Shown here one piece after another: positions 34,342 through 44,926 of a DNA stretch of 64,000 bases; within the stretch, counting starts at the first letter, position 1, and each line of letters starts with the position of its first letter. Origin of the DNA: Candidatus Tenderia electrophaga (GTDB lineage: Bacteria > Pseudomonadota > Gammaproteobacteria > Tenderiales > Tenderiaceae); the NCBI GenBank assembly GCA_001447805.1, contig CP013099.1, positions 3,524,235 through 3,588,234 of the forward strand, written 5' to 3'. A program made the translations under genes and the position numbers. Below the pieces are notes generated by a model. It saw only the letters and a list, made by a program, of their open reading frames with translations, ran no database searches and was not told where the DNA came from.

Positions 34342-34935
34342 ATGGCTGAACGCAAGGCCGCGGTGGCGCGCGATACGCTGGAGACCCAAATTCAGGTCAC
34401 GGTCAATCTGGACGGTGAAGGCAAAGGCGAGTTTGACACGGGGGTGTCCTTTCTCGAGCACATGCTCGATCAGGTGGCGCGTCACGGCATGATCGATCTG
34501 GCGGTCAAGGCCCGGGGCGATTTGCACATCGACGCCCACCACACTGTGGAAGACATCGGCATTGCCATCGGTCAGGCCTGCGCCCAGGCGGTGGGCGACA
34601 AGAAGGGCATTCGCCGCTACGGCCATGCTTACGTACCCTTGGACGAGGCCCTGTCCCGGGTGGTGCTGGATTTTTCCGGCCGTCCCGGGCTGGAGTTTAA
34701 CGTGGATTTTCCGCGCGCCGCCATCGGCGCCTTCGAGACCGATCTGTTTTTCGAATTTTTTCAGGGTTTCGTCAATCACGCCCAGGTGACCCTGCATGTG
34801 GATGCGCTGCGCGGGCGCAATTCGCATCACATCGCCGAGACCGTGTTCAAGGCCTTCGGTCGCGCGCTACGCATGGCGCTGGAGCCCGATGCCCGCATGC
34901 AGGGCGTTATCCCTTCAACCAAGGGGGCGCTGTAA
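34342..34935 (+). CDS. hisB: Imidazoleglycerol-phosphate dehydratase
   Basis: Monofunctional IGPD. ATG at 34342. Confidence 0.85.
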   Translation: MAERKAAVARDTLETQIQVTVNLDGEGKGEFDTGVSFLEHMLDQVARHGMIDLAVKARGDLHIDAHHTVEDIGIAIGQACAQAVGDKKGIRRYGHAYVPLDEALSRVVLDFSGRPGLEFNVDFPRAAIGAFETDLFFEFFQGFVNHAQVTLHVDALRGRNSHHIAETVFKAFGRALRMALEPDARMQGVIPSTKGAL

Positions 34936-34971
34936 GCCAGTCCGGAGCAGCCCGTTTGAACTGACAGCCTC

Positions 34972-35622
34972 ATGACTTCTATTGCAGTAATCGATTACGG
35001 AATGGGTAACCTGCGCTCCGTCGCCAAGGCGCTGGAGCATGTCGCCCCTTCCGCCTCTATCGCCGTGACAGCGAATGCTGAGATCATTGCGGCGGCCGAG
35101 CGCGTGATCTTTCCCGGTGTCGGCGCCCTGCGCGACTGCATGACCGAATTACGTCGTCTGGCGCTGGATCAGGTGATCCGCGAACTGGCCGCCTCGGGTA
35201 AGCCGCTGCTGGGCATTTGCCTGGGCATGCAGGCGCTGCTCGACTGGAGCGAGGAAAACGGCGGCAGCGCGGGGTTGGGGATTCTTCCCGGCAAGGTGCT
35301 GCACTTCGCCGCCGGCCAGACCGATCCGCGCACCGGCGAACCGCTCAAGGTGCCGCACATGGGGTGGAACCAGGTCCATCACAGCGGTGGACATCCTTTG
35401 TGGCGCGACATCCCCCAGGACAGCCGTTTCTATTTCGTGCACAGCTATTATGCCCGGCCTGACAATTCGGCCGACTGCGTCGGGACCACCCATTACGGCC
35501 TGGATTTTGCGTCGGTGCTGGCGCGTAAAAACGTGTTTGCCGCGCAATTTCATCCGGAAAAGAGTCAGCAGGCGGGGCTCACGCTGCTGCGTAACTTTGC
35601 TGAATGGAATGGGACACTATAA
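34972..35622 (+). CDS. hisH: Imidazole glycerol phosphate synthase glutaminase subunit
   Basis: Class-I GATase (GICLGMQ). Confidence 0.9.
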   Translation: MTSIAVIDYGMGNLRSVAKALEHVAPSASIAVTANAEIIAAAERVIFPGVGALRDCMTELRRLALDQVIRELAASGKPLLGICLGMQALLDWSEENGGSAGLGILPGKVLHFAAGQTDPRTGEPLKVPHMGWNQVHHSGGHPLWRDIPQDSRFYFVHSYYARPDNSADCVGTTHYGLDFASVLARKNVFAAQFHPEKSQQAGLTLLRNFAEWNGTL

Positions 35623-35647
35623 TGAATGATACGTTGGGAGCGTCATC

Positions 35648-36378
35648 ATGTTGTTAATACCCGCAATTGATTTAAAACAGGGCAAGTGTGTGCGACTGCG
35701 GCAAGGACGCATGGAGGACGACACGGTATTCTCCGATGATCCGGTGGCCGTGGCCGGACGCTGGGTCGAGGCCGGCGCCAAGCGCCTGCACCTGGTGGAC
35801 CTGGACGGTGCCTTCGCCGGCAAGCCGGTCAACGCCGCCGTGATCCGCGATATCGCCGCTGCCTTTCCCGACCTGCCCATCCAGGTGGGCGGCGGTATTC
35901 GCGACGAAGAGACCATCGACACCTATCTGGCCGCCGGGGTGCAATACGTCATCATCGGCACCAAGGCGGTGAGTGCGCCGCACTTCGTCGGCGATGTCTG
36001 CGCCGAATTCCCCGGTCATATCATCGTCGGGCTGGATGCCAAGGACGGCAAGGTGGCCATCGACGGTTGGTCCAAGCTGTCCCATCATGACATTATCGAC
36101 CTGGCCCAGCATTTCGAGCGCGACGGCGTGGAGGCCATTGTCTATACCGACATCAGCCGCGACGGCATGATGCAGGGCGTGAATGTCGACGCCACCCGTA
36201 AGCTGGCGCGCGCCATTACCATCCCGGTTATCGCCTCGGGCGGCGTCACCGATATGGACGACATCCGCGCCCTGCAGGCGGCCGCGGAGGACGGTATCAT
36301 GGGCGCCATCCTCGGTCGCGCCATCTATGAGGGCCGTATCGACCTGGCCGCAGCGAACGCGTGGGTGAGTGGCGACTG

Positions 36379-36379
<1 letters not shown>
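35648..36379 (+). CDS. hisA: ProFAR isomerase
   Basis: [17 protein letters not shown]. Confidence 0.9.
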
Positions 36380-37142
<763 letters not shown>

Positions 37143-37146
<4 letters not shown>

Positions 37147-37529
37147 GCTGGTTGGACGAGATCGAGTGGAGCGCCGACGGCCTGGTGCCGGTGATCGCCC
37201 AGGAGACCGGCAGCGGGCGGGTACTGATGTTTGCCTGGATGAACCGCGCGGCCCTGGCCGAGACCGCCGCCGACGGCTACGCGGTGTACTGGTCGCGTTC
37301 GCGCCAGCAGTTGTGGCGTAAGGGCGAGCGCTCCGGCCACCGGCAGCGGGTGATCAGCATAAACCTTGATTGCGATGAGGATGTGATCCTGCTGGAAATT
37401 GAACAGCAGGGCGGCATTGCCTGTCATACTGGGCGCAAGAGCTGTTTTTACCGCCGTCTCGAGGACGGTGAGTGGAAGACGGTGGAGCCGGTACTCAAGG
37501 ATCCGGCCGAGATCTACGCGGGCAAGTGA
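37143..37529 (+). CDS. hisI: Phosphoribosyl-AMP cyclohydrolase
   Basis: 128 aa. The GTG start overlaps the hisF stop. Confidence 0.85.
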
Positions 37530-37536
37530 GGCATTA

Positions 37537-37899
37537 ATGGAATCCAGCCAGGTACTGCAGGAACTGGCCCAGCTGCTGGAGTCGCGCAAGGGGGCGGACG
37601 CAGATTCCTCCTATGTGGCCGGCTTGTACGCCAAGGGCCTGGACGCCATTCTGAAGAAGGTCGGCGAAGAGGCCACCGAGACGGTGATGGCGGCCAAGGA
37701 CGGTGACCCGGACAAGTTGGTCTACGAGGTCGCCGATTTGTGGTTTCACACTCTGGTGCTGCTGGCGCAGCAGGGGTTGGCACCGGAGGCCGTGCTTACA
37801 GAGCTGGCGCGCCGCTTCGGTATTTCCGGTATTGAAGAAAAGGCGGCGCGGGGTCAGAATAAACAGCTTTCGGCGCGGCGCGATTTTGGAGAAGAGTGA
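37537..37899 (+). CDS. hisE: Phosphoribosyl-ATP pyrophosphatase
   Basis: ATG at 37537 (M47 of the track ORF). MazG-like HisE. Confidence 0.8.
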   Translation: MESSQVLQELAQLLESRKGADADSSYVAGLYAKGLDAILKKVGEEATETVMAAKDGDPDKLVYEVADLWFHTLVLLAQQGLAPEAVLTELARRFGISGIEEKAARGQNKQLSARRDFGEE

Positions 37900-38156
37900 T
37901 GGGATTTGGTGGCATTAGTATCTGGCAGTTGTTGATTGTTCTGGTGATTGTATTGTTGCTGTTCGGCAGCAAGAAACTGCGCGGGCTGGGCTCGGATCTG
38001 GGCAGTGCGGTGAAGGGCTTTCGCGGCGCCATGGGCGAGGCCGAAAAAGACGAAGACAAGCCCAAGGATGAACCGGCCAAGTTGGACCAGGCCGACAGCA
38101 GCGAGGCGCGGGTGATCGAAGGCGAGGCCGGCGAGCGGGACAAGAAAAAGGTTTAG
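37899..38156 (+). CDS. tatA: Twin-arginine translocase subunit TatA
   Basis: [22 protein letters not shown] helix with an amphipathic helix. The ATG overlaps the hisE stop (TGATG). Confidence 0.8.
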   Translation: MGFGGISIWQLLIVLVIVLLLFGSKKLRGLGSDLGSAVKGFRGAMGEAEKDEDKPKDEPAKLDQADSSEARVIEGEAGERDKKKV

Positions 38157-38173
38157 CCCGGGCCTGATTTGCC

Positions 38174-38542
38174 ATGTTCGACATCGGCTTCCTGGAAATC
38201 GTGCTGATCACCGTGGTGGCCTTGCTGGTGGTCGGTCCCAGCGAGTTTCCCGGCCTGGTGCGTAACATTGGCCGCGGCCTGGGTAAGGCGCGGGCCTTTC
38301 TCAGCTCGGTCAAATCCGATCTTGATTACGAAATCGACAAGGCCAACGAGATCAAGCAGCTGATGGAAAAAGAGGCCGAGATCGCCCGGCTCCACGAAAT
38401 AATCGAAAACAATGCCGCGACCGTGCCCGTTCAGGGTAAGCCGGCTGAAGAACCCAGCAGGGTCGAGAAGTCAGATGAGCTCAGCCAAGCCGAGACCGAC
38501 CAAGAGTCGCCGCAGCCGGTCAGTGATCGGCGACCGACTTAA
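38174..38542 (+). CDS. tatB: Twin-arginine translocase subunit TatB
   Basis: MFDIGFLEIVLITVVALLVVGP. Confidence 0.75.
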   Translation: MFDIGFLEIVLITVVALLVVGPSEFPGLVRNIGRGLGKARAFLSSVKSDLDYEIDKANEIKQLMEKEAEIARLHEIIENNAATVPVQGKPAEEPSRVEKSDELSQAETDQESPQPVSDRRPT

Positions 38543-39314
38543 TACCCGCTCGACGCGCGACCGCAATCAGGAGCAGCAGGGACTGATCGGCCACCTGATC
38601 GAACTGCGCTCGCGCCTATTGCGTATCTTCTTGTCCATCGGTCTTATTTTTCTGCCGCTGGCCTTCTTCGCCAACGATCTCTACGCCCTGCTGGCCATGC
38701 CGCTGTTGGCGCATATGCCGCAAGGCACCAGCATGATCGCCACCGAAGTGGCCTCGCCCTTTCTGACGCCGTTCAAGTTTGCCCTGGTGCTGGCCATTTT
38801 TCTCGGCATGCCGGTGATCCTGTATCACTTCTGGGCCTTTATTGCGCCGGGGCTGTACGTCCACGAACGTAAGATGATGCTGCCCCTGTTGGCGGGCAGC
38901 ACCGCGCTGTTTTACGGCGGGGTGATATTTGCCTACTACGTCGTGTTTCCGCTGATCTTCGGGTTTTTTCTCAGCGTCGTGCCGCAGGGCGTGGCGGTGA
39001 TGACCGACATTAGTAAGTATCTCGATTTTGTTCTCAAGATCTTTTTTGCCTTCGGTTTGGCCTTTGAGGTACCCATTGTCACCATCGTCTTGGTCTGGGC
39101 CGGCGCCACCACGCCCGAACAGCTGGTCGCCAAGCGTCCTTATGTGATTGTGGGGGCCTTTGTGCTGGGGATGTTGTTTACCCCGCCGGACATGATTTCG
39201 CAAACCCTGTTGGCGATTCCCATGTGGTTGTTGTTCGAGATCGGCGTGGTGTTGTCACGCATGGTGGCCAAGCGCCAGGCCGAGCGGGACACGGCCGAAG
39301 AGGAACAGTCTTAA
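38475..39314 (+). CDS. tatC: Twin-arginine translocase subunit TatC (start uncertain)
   Basis: LIGHLIELRSRL…FFANDLYALLAMPL matches the TatC N-terminus. The only in-frame ATG is at 38475, which gives a 35-aa basic N-extension and overlaps the tatB 3' end by 68 nt. Alternatively translation starts at a non-canonical codon such as CTG ~38583. Confidence 0.7.
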   Translation: MSSAKPRPTKSRRSRSVIGDRLNTRSTRDRNQEQQGLIGHLIELRSRLLRIFLSIGLIFLPLAFFANDLYALLAMPLLAHMPQGTSMIATEVASPFLTPFKFALVLAIFLGMPVILYHFWAFIAPGLYVHERKMMLPLLAGSTALFYGGVIFAYYVVFPLIFGFFLSVVPQGVAVMTDISKYLDFVLKIFFAFGLAFEVPIVTIVLVWAGATTPEQLVAKRPYVIVGAFVLGMLFTPPDMISQTLLAIPMWLLFEIGVVLSRMVAKRQAERDTAEEEQS

Positions 39315-39324
39315 GCCGGATTTC

Positions 39325-40491
39325 TCAGCGGGCTTGCTCCAACAGTGGTTGCGGCCGCTCGCCGATGACCACCTCCAATGTTTGCGTTTGACCCTGACGC
39401 AGGATTTCCACCTCCAATACCGTGCCTGGTGCAAGGCTGGCGATGACATTCATTAGTGAGCGACTGCCGCTGACTGGCTCATTGTTGACGCGCACGATGA
39501 CGTCGCCCGGTTGCAGCCCGGCCTCAGCGGCCGGTCCGTCGGGCTGGATGCCAGCGATCAACGCGCCCTGGATGTCGCCCAGACCGAAGGATTCGGCCAG
39601 GCTGTCGCTCAGGTCCTGTACCTCCACGCCCAGCCAGCCACGCAGCGGCCGGCCGTGTTCGATGATCTGTTTCATCACGCCCTTAGCCAGGCTTACCGGA
39701 ATGGCGAAGCCGATCCCCTGCGAACCGCCGGAGCGGGAAAAAATGGCGGTGTTAATACCGATCAGCTGCCCCGCGGTATTGATCAAGGCGCCGCCGGAGT
39801 TGCCGGGATTGATGGCGGCGTCGGTCTGGATGAAGTTTTCGAAGGTGCTGAGTCCCAGTTGCGAGCGGCCGGTGGCGCTGACGATGCCGCTCGTGACGGT
39901 CTGACCCACGCCGAAGGGGTTGCCGATGGCAAGCACTACGTCGCCGACGCGCAGGGCCTCGGACTGGCCGAACGTAATGGCCGGGACGTTGCTGATGTTG
40001 ACCTTGAGCACGGCCAAATCGCTTTCTGGGTCGGTACCGACGATGGCGGCGGCGGCGGTGCGGCCGTCGTGTAGCGCCACTTCGATTTCGTCGGCACCCT
40101 GGATGACATGATTATTGGTGAGGATGAAGCCTTGGTCGTTGACGATGACGCCGGAGCCCAGGCTGTTTTCCAGGCGCTGTTGCGGCGCGGGCGCGCGGTC
40201 GCCGAAAAAACGTCGAAACAGGGGGTCCTCGAACAAGGGGTTGGCGCGTTGTGTTACCACCTTGCGCGTGTAGACATTGACCACGGCGGGCGCGGCGATA
40301 TCGACCGCATGGGCATATGAGGCCAGGCCGCTTTCGATTGCCTGGCGCGTGGGAGAGGGGGCTTCAATAAATTCTACGCTTGGTCTACTCTCGAATGCCT
40401 CGGGCTTGAACAGCAACAACAACACGAAGGCGAACGCCAAACCGGCGGTGATTGCTTCGGTCGCGAAGGAGAGCAGTTTTCGTAGTTGCAT
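39325..40491 (-). CDS. DegS/AlgW-type periplasmic serine endoprotease (HtrA family, single PDZ)
   Basis: ATG at 40491 (M119 of the track ORF). N-terminal TM anchor, catalytic triad motifs (TNNHV…D…GNSGGAL) and one PDZ domain. Its position next to the his genes mirrors Pseudomonas algW. Confidence 0.8.
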   Translation of the reverse strand: MQLRKLLSFATEAITAGLAFAFVLLLLFKPEAFESRPSVEFIEAPSPTRQAIESGLASYAHAVDIAAPAVVNVYTRKVVTQRANPLFEDPLFRRFFGDRAPAPQQRLENSLGSGVIVNDQGFILTNNHVIQGADEIEVALHDGRTAAAAIVGTDPESDLAVLKVNISNVPAITFGQSEALRVGDVVLAIGNPFGVGQTVTSGIVSATGRSQLGLSTFENFIQTDAAINPGNSGGALINTAGQLIGINTAIFSRSGGSQGIGFAIPVSLAKGVMKQIIEHGRPLRGWLGVEVQDLSDSLAESFGLGDIQGALIAGIQPDGPAAEAGLQPGDVIVRVNNEPVSGSRSLMNVIASLAPGTVLEVEILRQGQTQTLEVVIGERPQPLLEQAR

Positions 40492-40551
40492 CGTTGGGCG
40501 TATCTTGAGTAAGTTGGCAGCCAATGTTAACGCAAAGCGTAGGATAAGTGC

Positions 40552-41301
40552 ATGGTTCAATTGGAAGAGCTGGTAAATTTTTGTGACGAACTGCTGGCCG
40601 CGAATAGCTTTGGCGACTATGCCCCCAATGGACTGCAGGTGGAAGGGGCGGTGCAGGTCAACAAGATTGTTTCCGGCGTAACCGCCAGCCAGGCCTTGAT
40701 CGAGGCGGCGGCGGCCAACGATGCCGATGTCCTGTTGGTGCATCACGGCTTTTTTTGGAAGGGCGAATCGGCGTGTATCACCGGCATCAAAAAACGCCGC
40801 ATTGCACGCTTGTTGGCGGCCGACATAAGTTTGCTGGCCTATCATTTACCCTTGGATGCCCATCCCGATATCGGTAACAATGCGCAGCTCGCGCGCCGCT
40901 TGGGGCTTCAGGTGGAAGGGCGTTTCGGGCGTGACGCGCTTGGCATGGTCGGGCGTCTGCCGCAGCTGATGACGAGCGCCGAACTGATTCAGCATATCAG
41001 CGTTAGGCTGGGACGGCAGGCGATCCATCTGGGTGAAGGTGACGCGCAAATCGAACGGGTCGCTTGGTGCACAGGGGCGGCGCAAGGATATATCGAGGCG
41101 ACACCGGGCTTGGGGGTGCAGGCCTATATCAGCGGTGAAATGTCCGAGCAGACGACCCACTTTGCCAGGGAGACCGGCATCCATTATGTGTCGGCCGGCC
41201 ATCATGCCACGGAACGTTACGGTGTGCAGGCCTTGGGTGAGTTACTGGCGCGGCAATTCGGCCTGACACATCAGTTTATCGACATCGACAACCCGGTTTG
41301 A
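40552..41301 (+). CDS. Nif3-like dinuclear-metal-centre protein (YbgI / GTP cyclohydrolase 1 type 2 family)
   Basis: 249 aa; Nif3 motifs (VLLVHHG, GHHATE). Confidence 0.8.
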   Translation: MVQLEELVNFCDELLAANSFGDYAPNGLQVEGAVQVNKIVSGVTASQALIEAAAANDADVLLVHHGFFWKGESACITGIKKRRIARLLAADISLLAYHLPLDAHPDIGNNAQLARRLGLQVEGRFGRDALGMVGRLPQLMTSAELIQHISVRLGRQAIHLGEGDAQIERVAWCTGAAQGYIEATPGLGVQAYISGEMSEQTTHFARETGIHYVSAGHHATERYGVQALGELLARQFGLTHQFIDIDNPV

Positions 41302-41431
41302 GTTTCTCGCAGAGCGGCCGTCGCCAGCCCAGTTGAGACCGCCAAAAGAGAAAGTTTTGTACAACTTTTTGGCGCGATTGATGCCCTGATAGTTTGATTT
41401 TCAGGGTGGCGGAAAACTTGAGTGCTTAGCG

Positions 41432-41461
41432 TTGACATTGAGAATAAAAGTGTTCTAGGAT
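41432..41461 (+). promoter_or_regulatory. Candidate sigma-70 promoter in the long AT-rich leader of the act operon
   Basis: TTGACA-N18-TAGGAT, about 380 nt upstream of actA, in a 540-bp region of low GC. Confidence 0.3.
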
Positions 41462-41841
41462 GCCGAAACGCTCGATAAAGATGGTCGACTATAACCCGGC
41501 AATGGCTGGGGATAAATGCAAAAAATGGCCATAACAAATAAAATCAGAGCTTAATGCCTGGTTATAGAAAATTAGGCCGGTGTTTTGTGTTAAGCTGTGA
41601 AATCGGAGAGGGAGTAACGCTGGCCGAGGTACGTCACAGCAAAAAATAACAACAACAGAATAACCTTTCCGTCGGAATATATTAGGGATAGCCAAGTCAG
41701 TTTATAAGTTTATAGTGTTGAGCCCGTAACAGGCTGAGTGGTTCGTCCGCTTGTTGGCTGTTTCTCGCTGCGGGGCTTGGCGCTGGTGTGTTTTCTTTCA
41801 ATTGAAGCCTACGTGGGATCTACAACGGATCGAGGACTGAG

Positions 41842-42468
41842 ATGTTTGTGAGTGAAAAATTTCTCTCTATAGGGGGCGGAAATAAGGCCGGCCATGCGAG
41901 TGTCAACAAGGGGCTTGCCGTGTTTTTCGCGATGCTGGCGGCTGCCTTCTTTGTGAATGTCGCGCAGGCGGAAGTGCCGAATGCCGTGCCGCCTAAGGGG
42001 ACGCATGACGGCGAGCATGTGCCGCAACCCATCGAGTTTCCGCACGACATTCATGCCGACATCAACGACATCAACTGCATGTATTGTCACACCTATGCAC
42101 GTCGCAGCAAGGTGGCCGGAATCCCGCCCACCAGCAAATGCATGGGGTGCCATTCGGTCATCGCAACCGACAAGGATCGTATCAAGAAGCTTACGGAATA
42201 TTGGGAAAACAATGATCCGCCGAAGTGGAAAAAGGTCCATGACGTGCCGGATTATGTGCATTTCACTCACGAGAAACATCTGCAGCGATTTGTGTTTAAC
42301 AACGAAGGTATGAAGGTGGAGAACGTCTCCGAAGTCTGTGCCTTCTGTCATGGCGACGTTAAGAAAATGACTGTGGCGCGCAAGGTTAAGCCGCTGAACA
42401 TGGGCTTCTGCGTGCGTTGTCATGAAGCGAACGACGGTCCTTTCGATTGCTGGAAGTGCCACAAGTAA
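41842..42468 (+). CDS. actA: Alternative Complex III subunit ActA (pentaheme cytochrome c)
   Basis: Five CxxCH motifs (CMYCH, CMGCH, CAFCH, CVRCH, CWKCH), an N-terminal membrane anchor and a GAGGA RBS. Confidence 0.75.
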   Translation: MFVSEKFLSIGGGNKAGHASVNKGLAVFFAMLAAAFFVNVAQAEVPNAVPPKGTHDGEHVPQPIEFPHDIHADINDINCMYCHTYARRSKVAGIPPTSKCMGCHSVIATDKDRIKKLTEYWENNDPPKWKKVHDVPDYVHFTHEKHLQRFVFNNEGMKVENVSEVCAFCHGDVKKMTVARKVKPLNMGFCVRCHEANDGPFDCWKCHK

Positions 42469-42537
42469 CCTCGGGTGGGCTGGGGCCTGGCGTCCGGCCG
42501 TCAATTTTTAACTAATATATTTAACGGATGATTTGTT

Positions 42538-44757
42538 ATGAGTGGTAACGATATCAACCGCAGAGACTTCCTGAAATTCATGGGGATCGGTGGCGTCGGT
42601 GCCGCGACCTTGAGTGGTTGCGACATGCCCACCACCATCACCCTTGAGGAGGGTAAGGAAGACGTGGTTTCCTACCTGGCGCCGGAAGAATATGCGATAC
42701 CGGGTATTGGCATCTATTTTGCATCCACCTGTCAGCAATGTCCTTCGGGCTGTGGTGTGCACGGCCGGGTTCGCGAAGGTCGTTTGTTGAAGCTGGAAGG
42801 CAATCCCGCAGCCATGAACGGCAGGGGACTGTGCCAGATGGGGCAGGCCAGCGTGCAAAGTCATTACAATCCCGACCGTATAACGCAGCCCATGGCGCGT
42901 AAAAATGGTGCCTTGACGCCCATCAGTTGGGACGAAGCCTGGCAATTGATGGGCGATAAGGTCTCCGGTGTGGATGCGGGGCGTAGCGCTTGGTTTACCG
43001 GGACTGTCAGCGGCCACCAGGCCAAGCTCCTGGAGGCGCTGAACGAGGCCTGGGGTAGCAAAGACCATTACGTGTACGAAGCCGTCAATAACGCGGTGGG
43101 CAAGGCGGTCAACGAGGCGGTCCTGGGTGATCCCATGCCGGCGTATCGTATCGACAAGGCCAAGTCCATATTGTCGTTCGGGGCCGATTTTCTCGGCACC
43201 TGGATGTCGCCGGTACACTTCTCGCGCGAGTACGTCAAGTTCCGCGGCGGTGACCGAGGTGTGCTGATCCAGGTCGAGCCGAAGATGACCCTGACCGGTG
43301 GTAACGCCGACCTGTGGGTGGCGGCCCGGCCCGGTACCGAAGGCGTGTTGGCTCTCGGTATCGCCAACGTGCTGCTGACCAAGAACCAGGTGAAGGGCGA
43401 CAAATTGCCGCAGGCGGCCTTGGATGAAATCGCCAAGTACGATGTCAACAAGGTGACAGAAATCACCGGCGTGGGTGGCGATACCATGGTACGCATCGCC
43501 AATTACCTGACCAATCATAGCCCCAGTTTAGTGTTGTCGGGTGAGTCGGCCCATAACCATGTCAATGGTTATGAGAACGCCATGGCAGCCATGATGCTGA
43601 ATGTGTTGTTGGGTAATGTGGGTAAAACCATCGAGCCTTCCAATAGCATCGCCTTCGAGGATCTCAAGGCTAAGCACGGCAACAGCCGTGCCCTGGCGGA
43701 TTTCGCCAAGGCGGTGGACGGCGGCAAGTACGATGTGGTGTTTTTCCACGGTGCCAACCCCGTTTACACCGCGCCGGCGCATCTGGCGATGGCGGAGAAG
43801 TTGGCCAAGGTGCCGTTTAAGGTGGCCTTGTCTATGTTCCCCGATGAAACCACTGTGGCCGCCGACCTGGTGTTGCCGCTTTCTTCGCCATATGAAGAAT
43901 GGGCCACTACGGTGGCGCCCTATCAGCCCAAAGAGGCGGCCATCAGCATATCGCAGCCACTGATGAAACAGCTCTATCCCGAAACTATGGGCCTGGGCGA
44001 CCTGCTGCTGACCATGCTTAAGCACCATCAAGTCGAAGACTATGCCGATTACGGTGACTATTATGCTTATCTGCGCGCTGCTTTGGAGCAGATGCCGGCA
44101 TCGGTCAAGGGCGGTAAATCCGGGGGGCAGTTCTGGTCGGCGGCGTTGCAGCAGGGCCTGATCAAGGCGCCGGCCAAGGCTGGTTCGCTCAAGGTGAGCC
44201 TGGGGAGTATCAAGCAATCGATACCCCAGGCGGGTAATGATTATCCGCTGCACCTGGTGCCATCCACCAATCAGAACATGTATGACGGTCGCAACGCCAA
44301 CCTGCCCTGGTTGCAGGAGGCGCCGGATCAAATCAGCAAAGTGTTCTGGGATTCCTGGGCAGAGCTTCATCCCAAAACCGCTGCCAGACTCGGTGTGAAA
44401 GAGGGTGACTATGTCCGGGTGGAGTCGGACCAGGGCGCAATCGAGACACAGGTCTATATCCACAAAGGCGTGCATGTGGACGCTGTGTGCGTGCCTATCG
44501 GGCGCGGCCATGAGGCATACGGTCGCTATGCCGAGGGGCTCGGTGTCAATCCGCTCAAGATCCTCAGCCCAGCGGTTGAGCAGAAGAGCGGAGAGCTGGC
44601 CACCCATGCTACCCGGGTGCGGGTCAGCAAGACCGGCCGCCATGCCGAGTTACCACGCTTAGGGGGCAGCGAAACCCAGGTGGGACGCCGCTTGGTTAGT
44701 AGCATCCCAGCTGATGCTTTCAGAAGGACTGAGGGAGGCGATAACAATGTCGCTTAA
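42538..44757 (+). CDS. actB1: ACIII subunit ActB1 (molybdopterin-oxidoreductase-like domain, Tat signal)
   Basis: Twin-arginine signal ([21 protein letters not shown]) and a 739-aa MoCo-oxidoreductase-like fold. Followed by an overlapping FeS-subunit start. Confidence 0.75.
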   Translation: MSGNDINRRDFLKFMGIGGVGAATLSGCDMPTTITLEEGKEDVVSYLAPEEYAIPGIGIYFASTCQQCPSGCGVHGRVREGRLLKLEGNPAAMNGRGLCQMGQASVQSHYNPDRITQPMARKNGALTPISWDEAWQLMGDKVSGVDAGRSAWFTGTVSGHQAKLLEALNEAWGSKDHYVYEAVNNAVGKAVNEAVLGDPMPAYRIDKAKSILSFGADFLGTWMSPVHFSREYVKFRGGDRGVLIQVEPKMTLTGGNADLWVAARPGTEGVLALGIANVLLTKNQVKGDKLPQAALDEIAKYDVNKVTEITGVGGDTMVRIANYLTNHSPSLVLSGESAHNHVNGYENAMAAMMLNVLLGNVGKTIEPSNSIAFEDLKAKHGNSRALADFAKAVDGGKYDVVFFHGANPVYTAPAHLAMAEKLAKVPFKVALSMFPDETTVAADLVLPLSSPYEEWATTVAPYQPKEAAISISQPLMKQLYPETMGLGDLLLTMLKHHQVEDYADYGDYYAYLRAALEQMPASVKGGKSGGQFWSAALQQGLIKAPAKAGSLKVSLGSIKQSIPQAGNDYPLHLVPSTNQNMYDGRNANLPWLQEAPDQISKVFWDSWAELHPKTAARLGVKEGDYVRVESDQGAIETQVYIHKGVHVDAVCVPIGRGHEAYGRYAEGLGVNPLKILSPAVEQKSGELATHATRVRVSKTGRHAELPRLGGSETQVGRRLVSSIPADAFRRTEGGDNNVA

Positions 44758-44898
44758 GAATATACTCGAAAACTGGTCTCAATATCGTAAGGGCCACGAG
44801 CAGGGTGGCCATCATGAATACGAACACATGTGGGCCATGGCCATTGACCTGAACCGATGTACTGGCTGTAATGCCTGTTCCGTGGCCTGTTACGCCGA
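43031..44898. repeat. Tandem direct repeat, copy 1 (1,868 bp)
   Basis: Identical to 44899-46766. Base-by-base comparison of the first ~110 nt matched, and all six-frame ORFs recur with identical translations at a constant +1868 offset. Confidence 0.85.
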
Positions 44899-44926
44899 TG
44901 GAGGCGCTGAACGAGGCCTGGGGTAG
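44747..44926 (+). pseudogene. actB2 5' fragment (60 codons) created by the tandem duplication
   Basis: [10 protein letters not shown]…[10 protein letters not shown] is identical to the start of the full actB2 at 46615. It then reads across the junction into 9 out-of-frame codons and a stop. Confidence 0.6.

Noticed and set aside
42508-43518. 336-aa minus-strand ORF (and its duplicate at 44754-45386) inside actB1.
   Set aside because: It is antisense to ActB1, which has a Tat signal and a MoCo-oxidoreductase fold. Its recurrence is simply a consequence of the tandem duplication.
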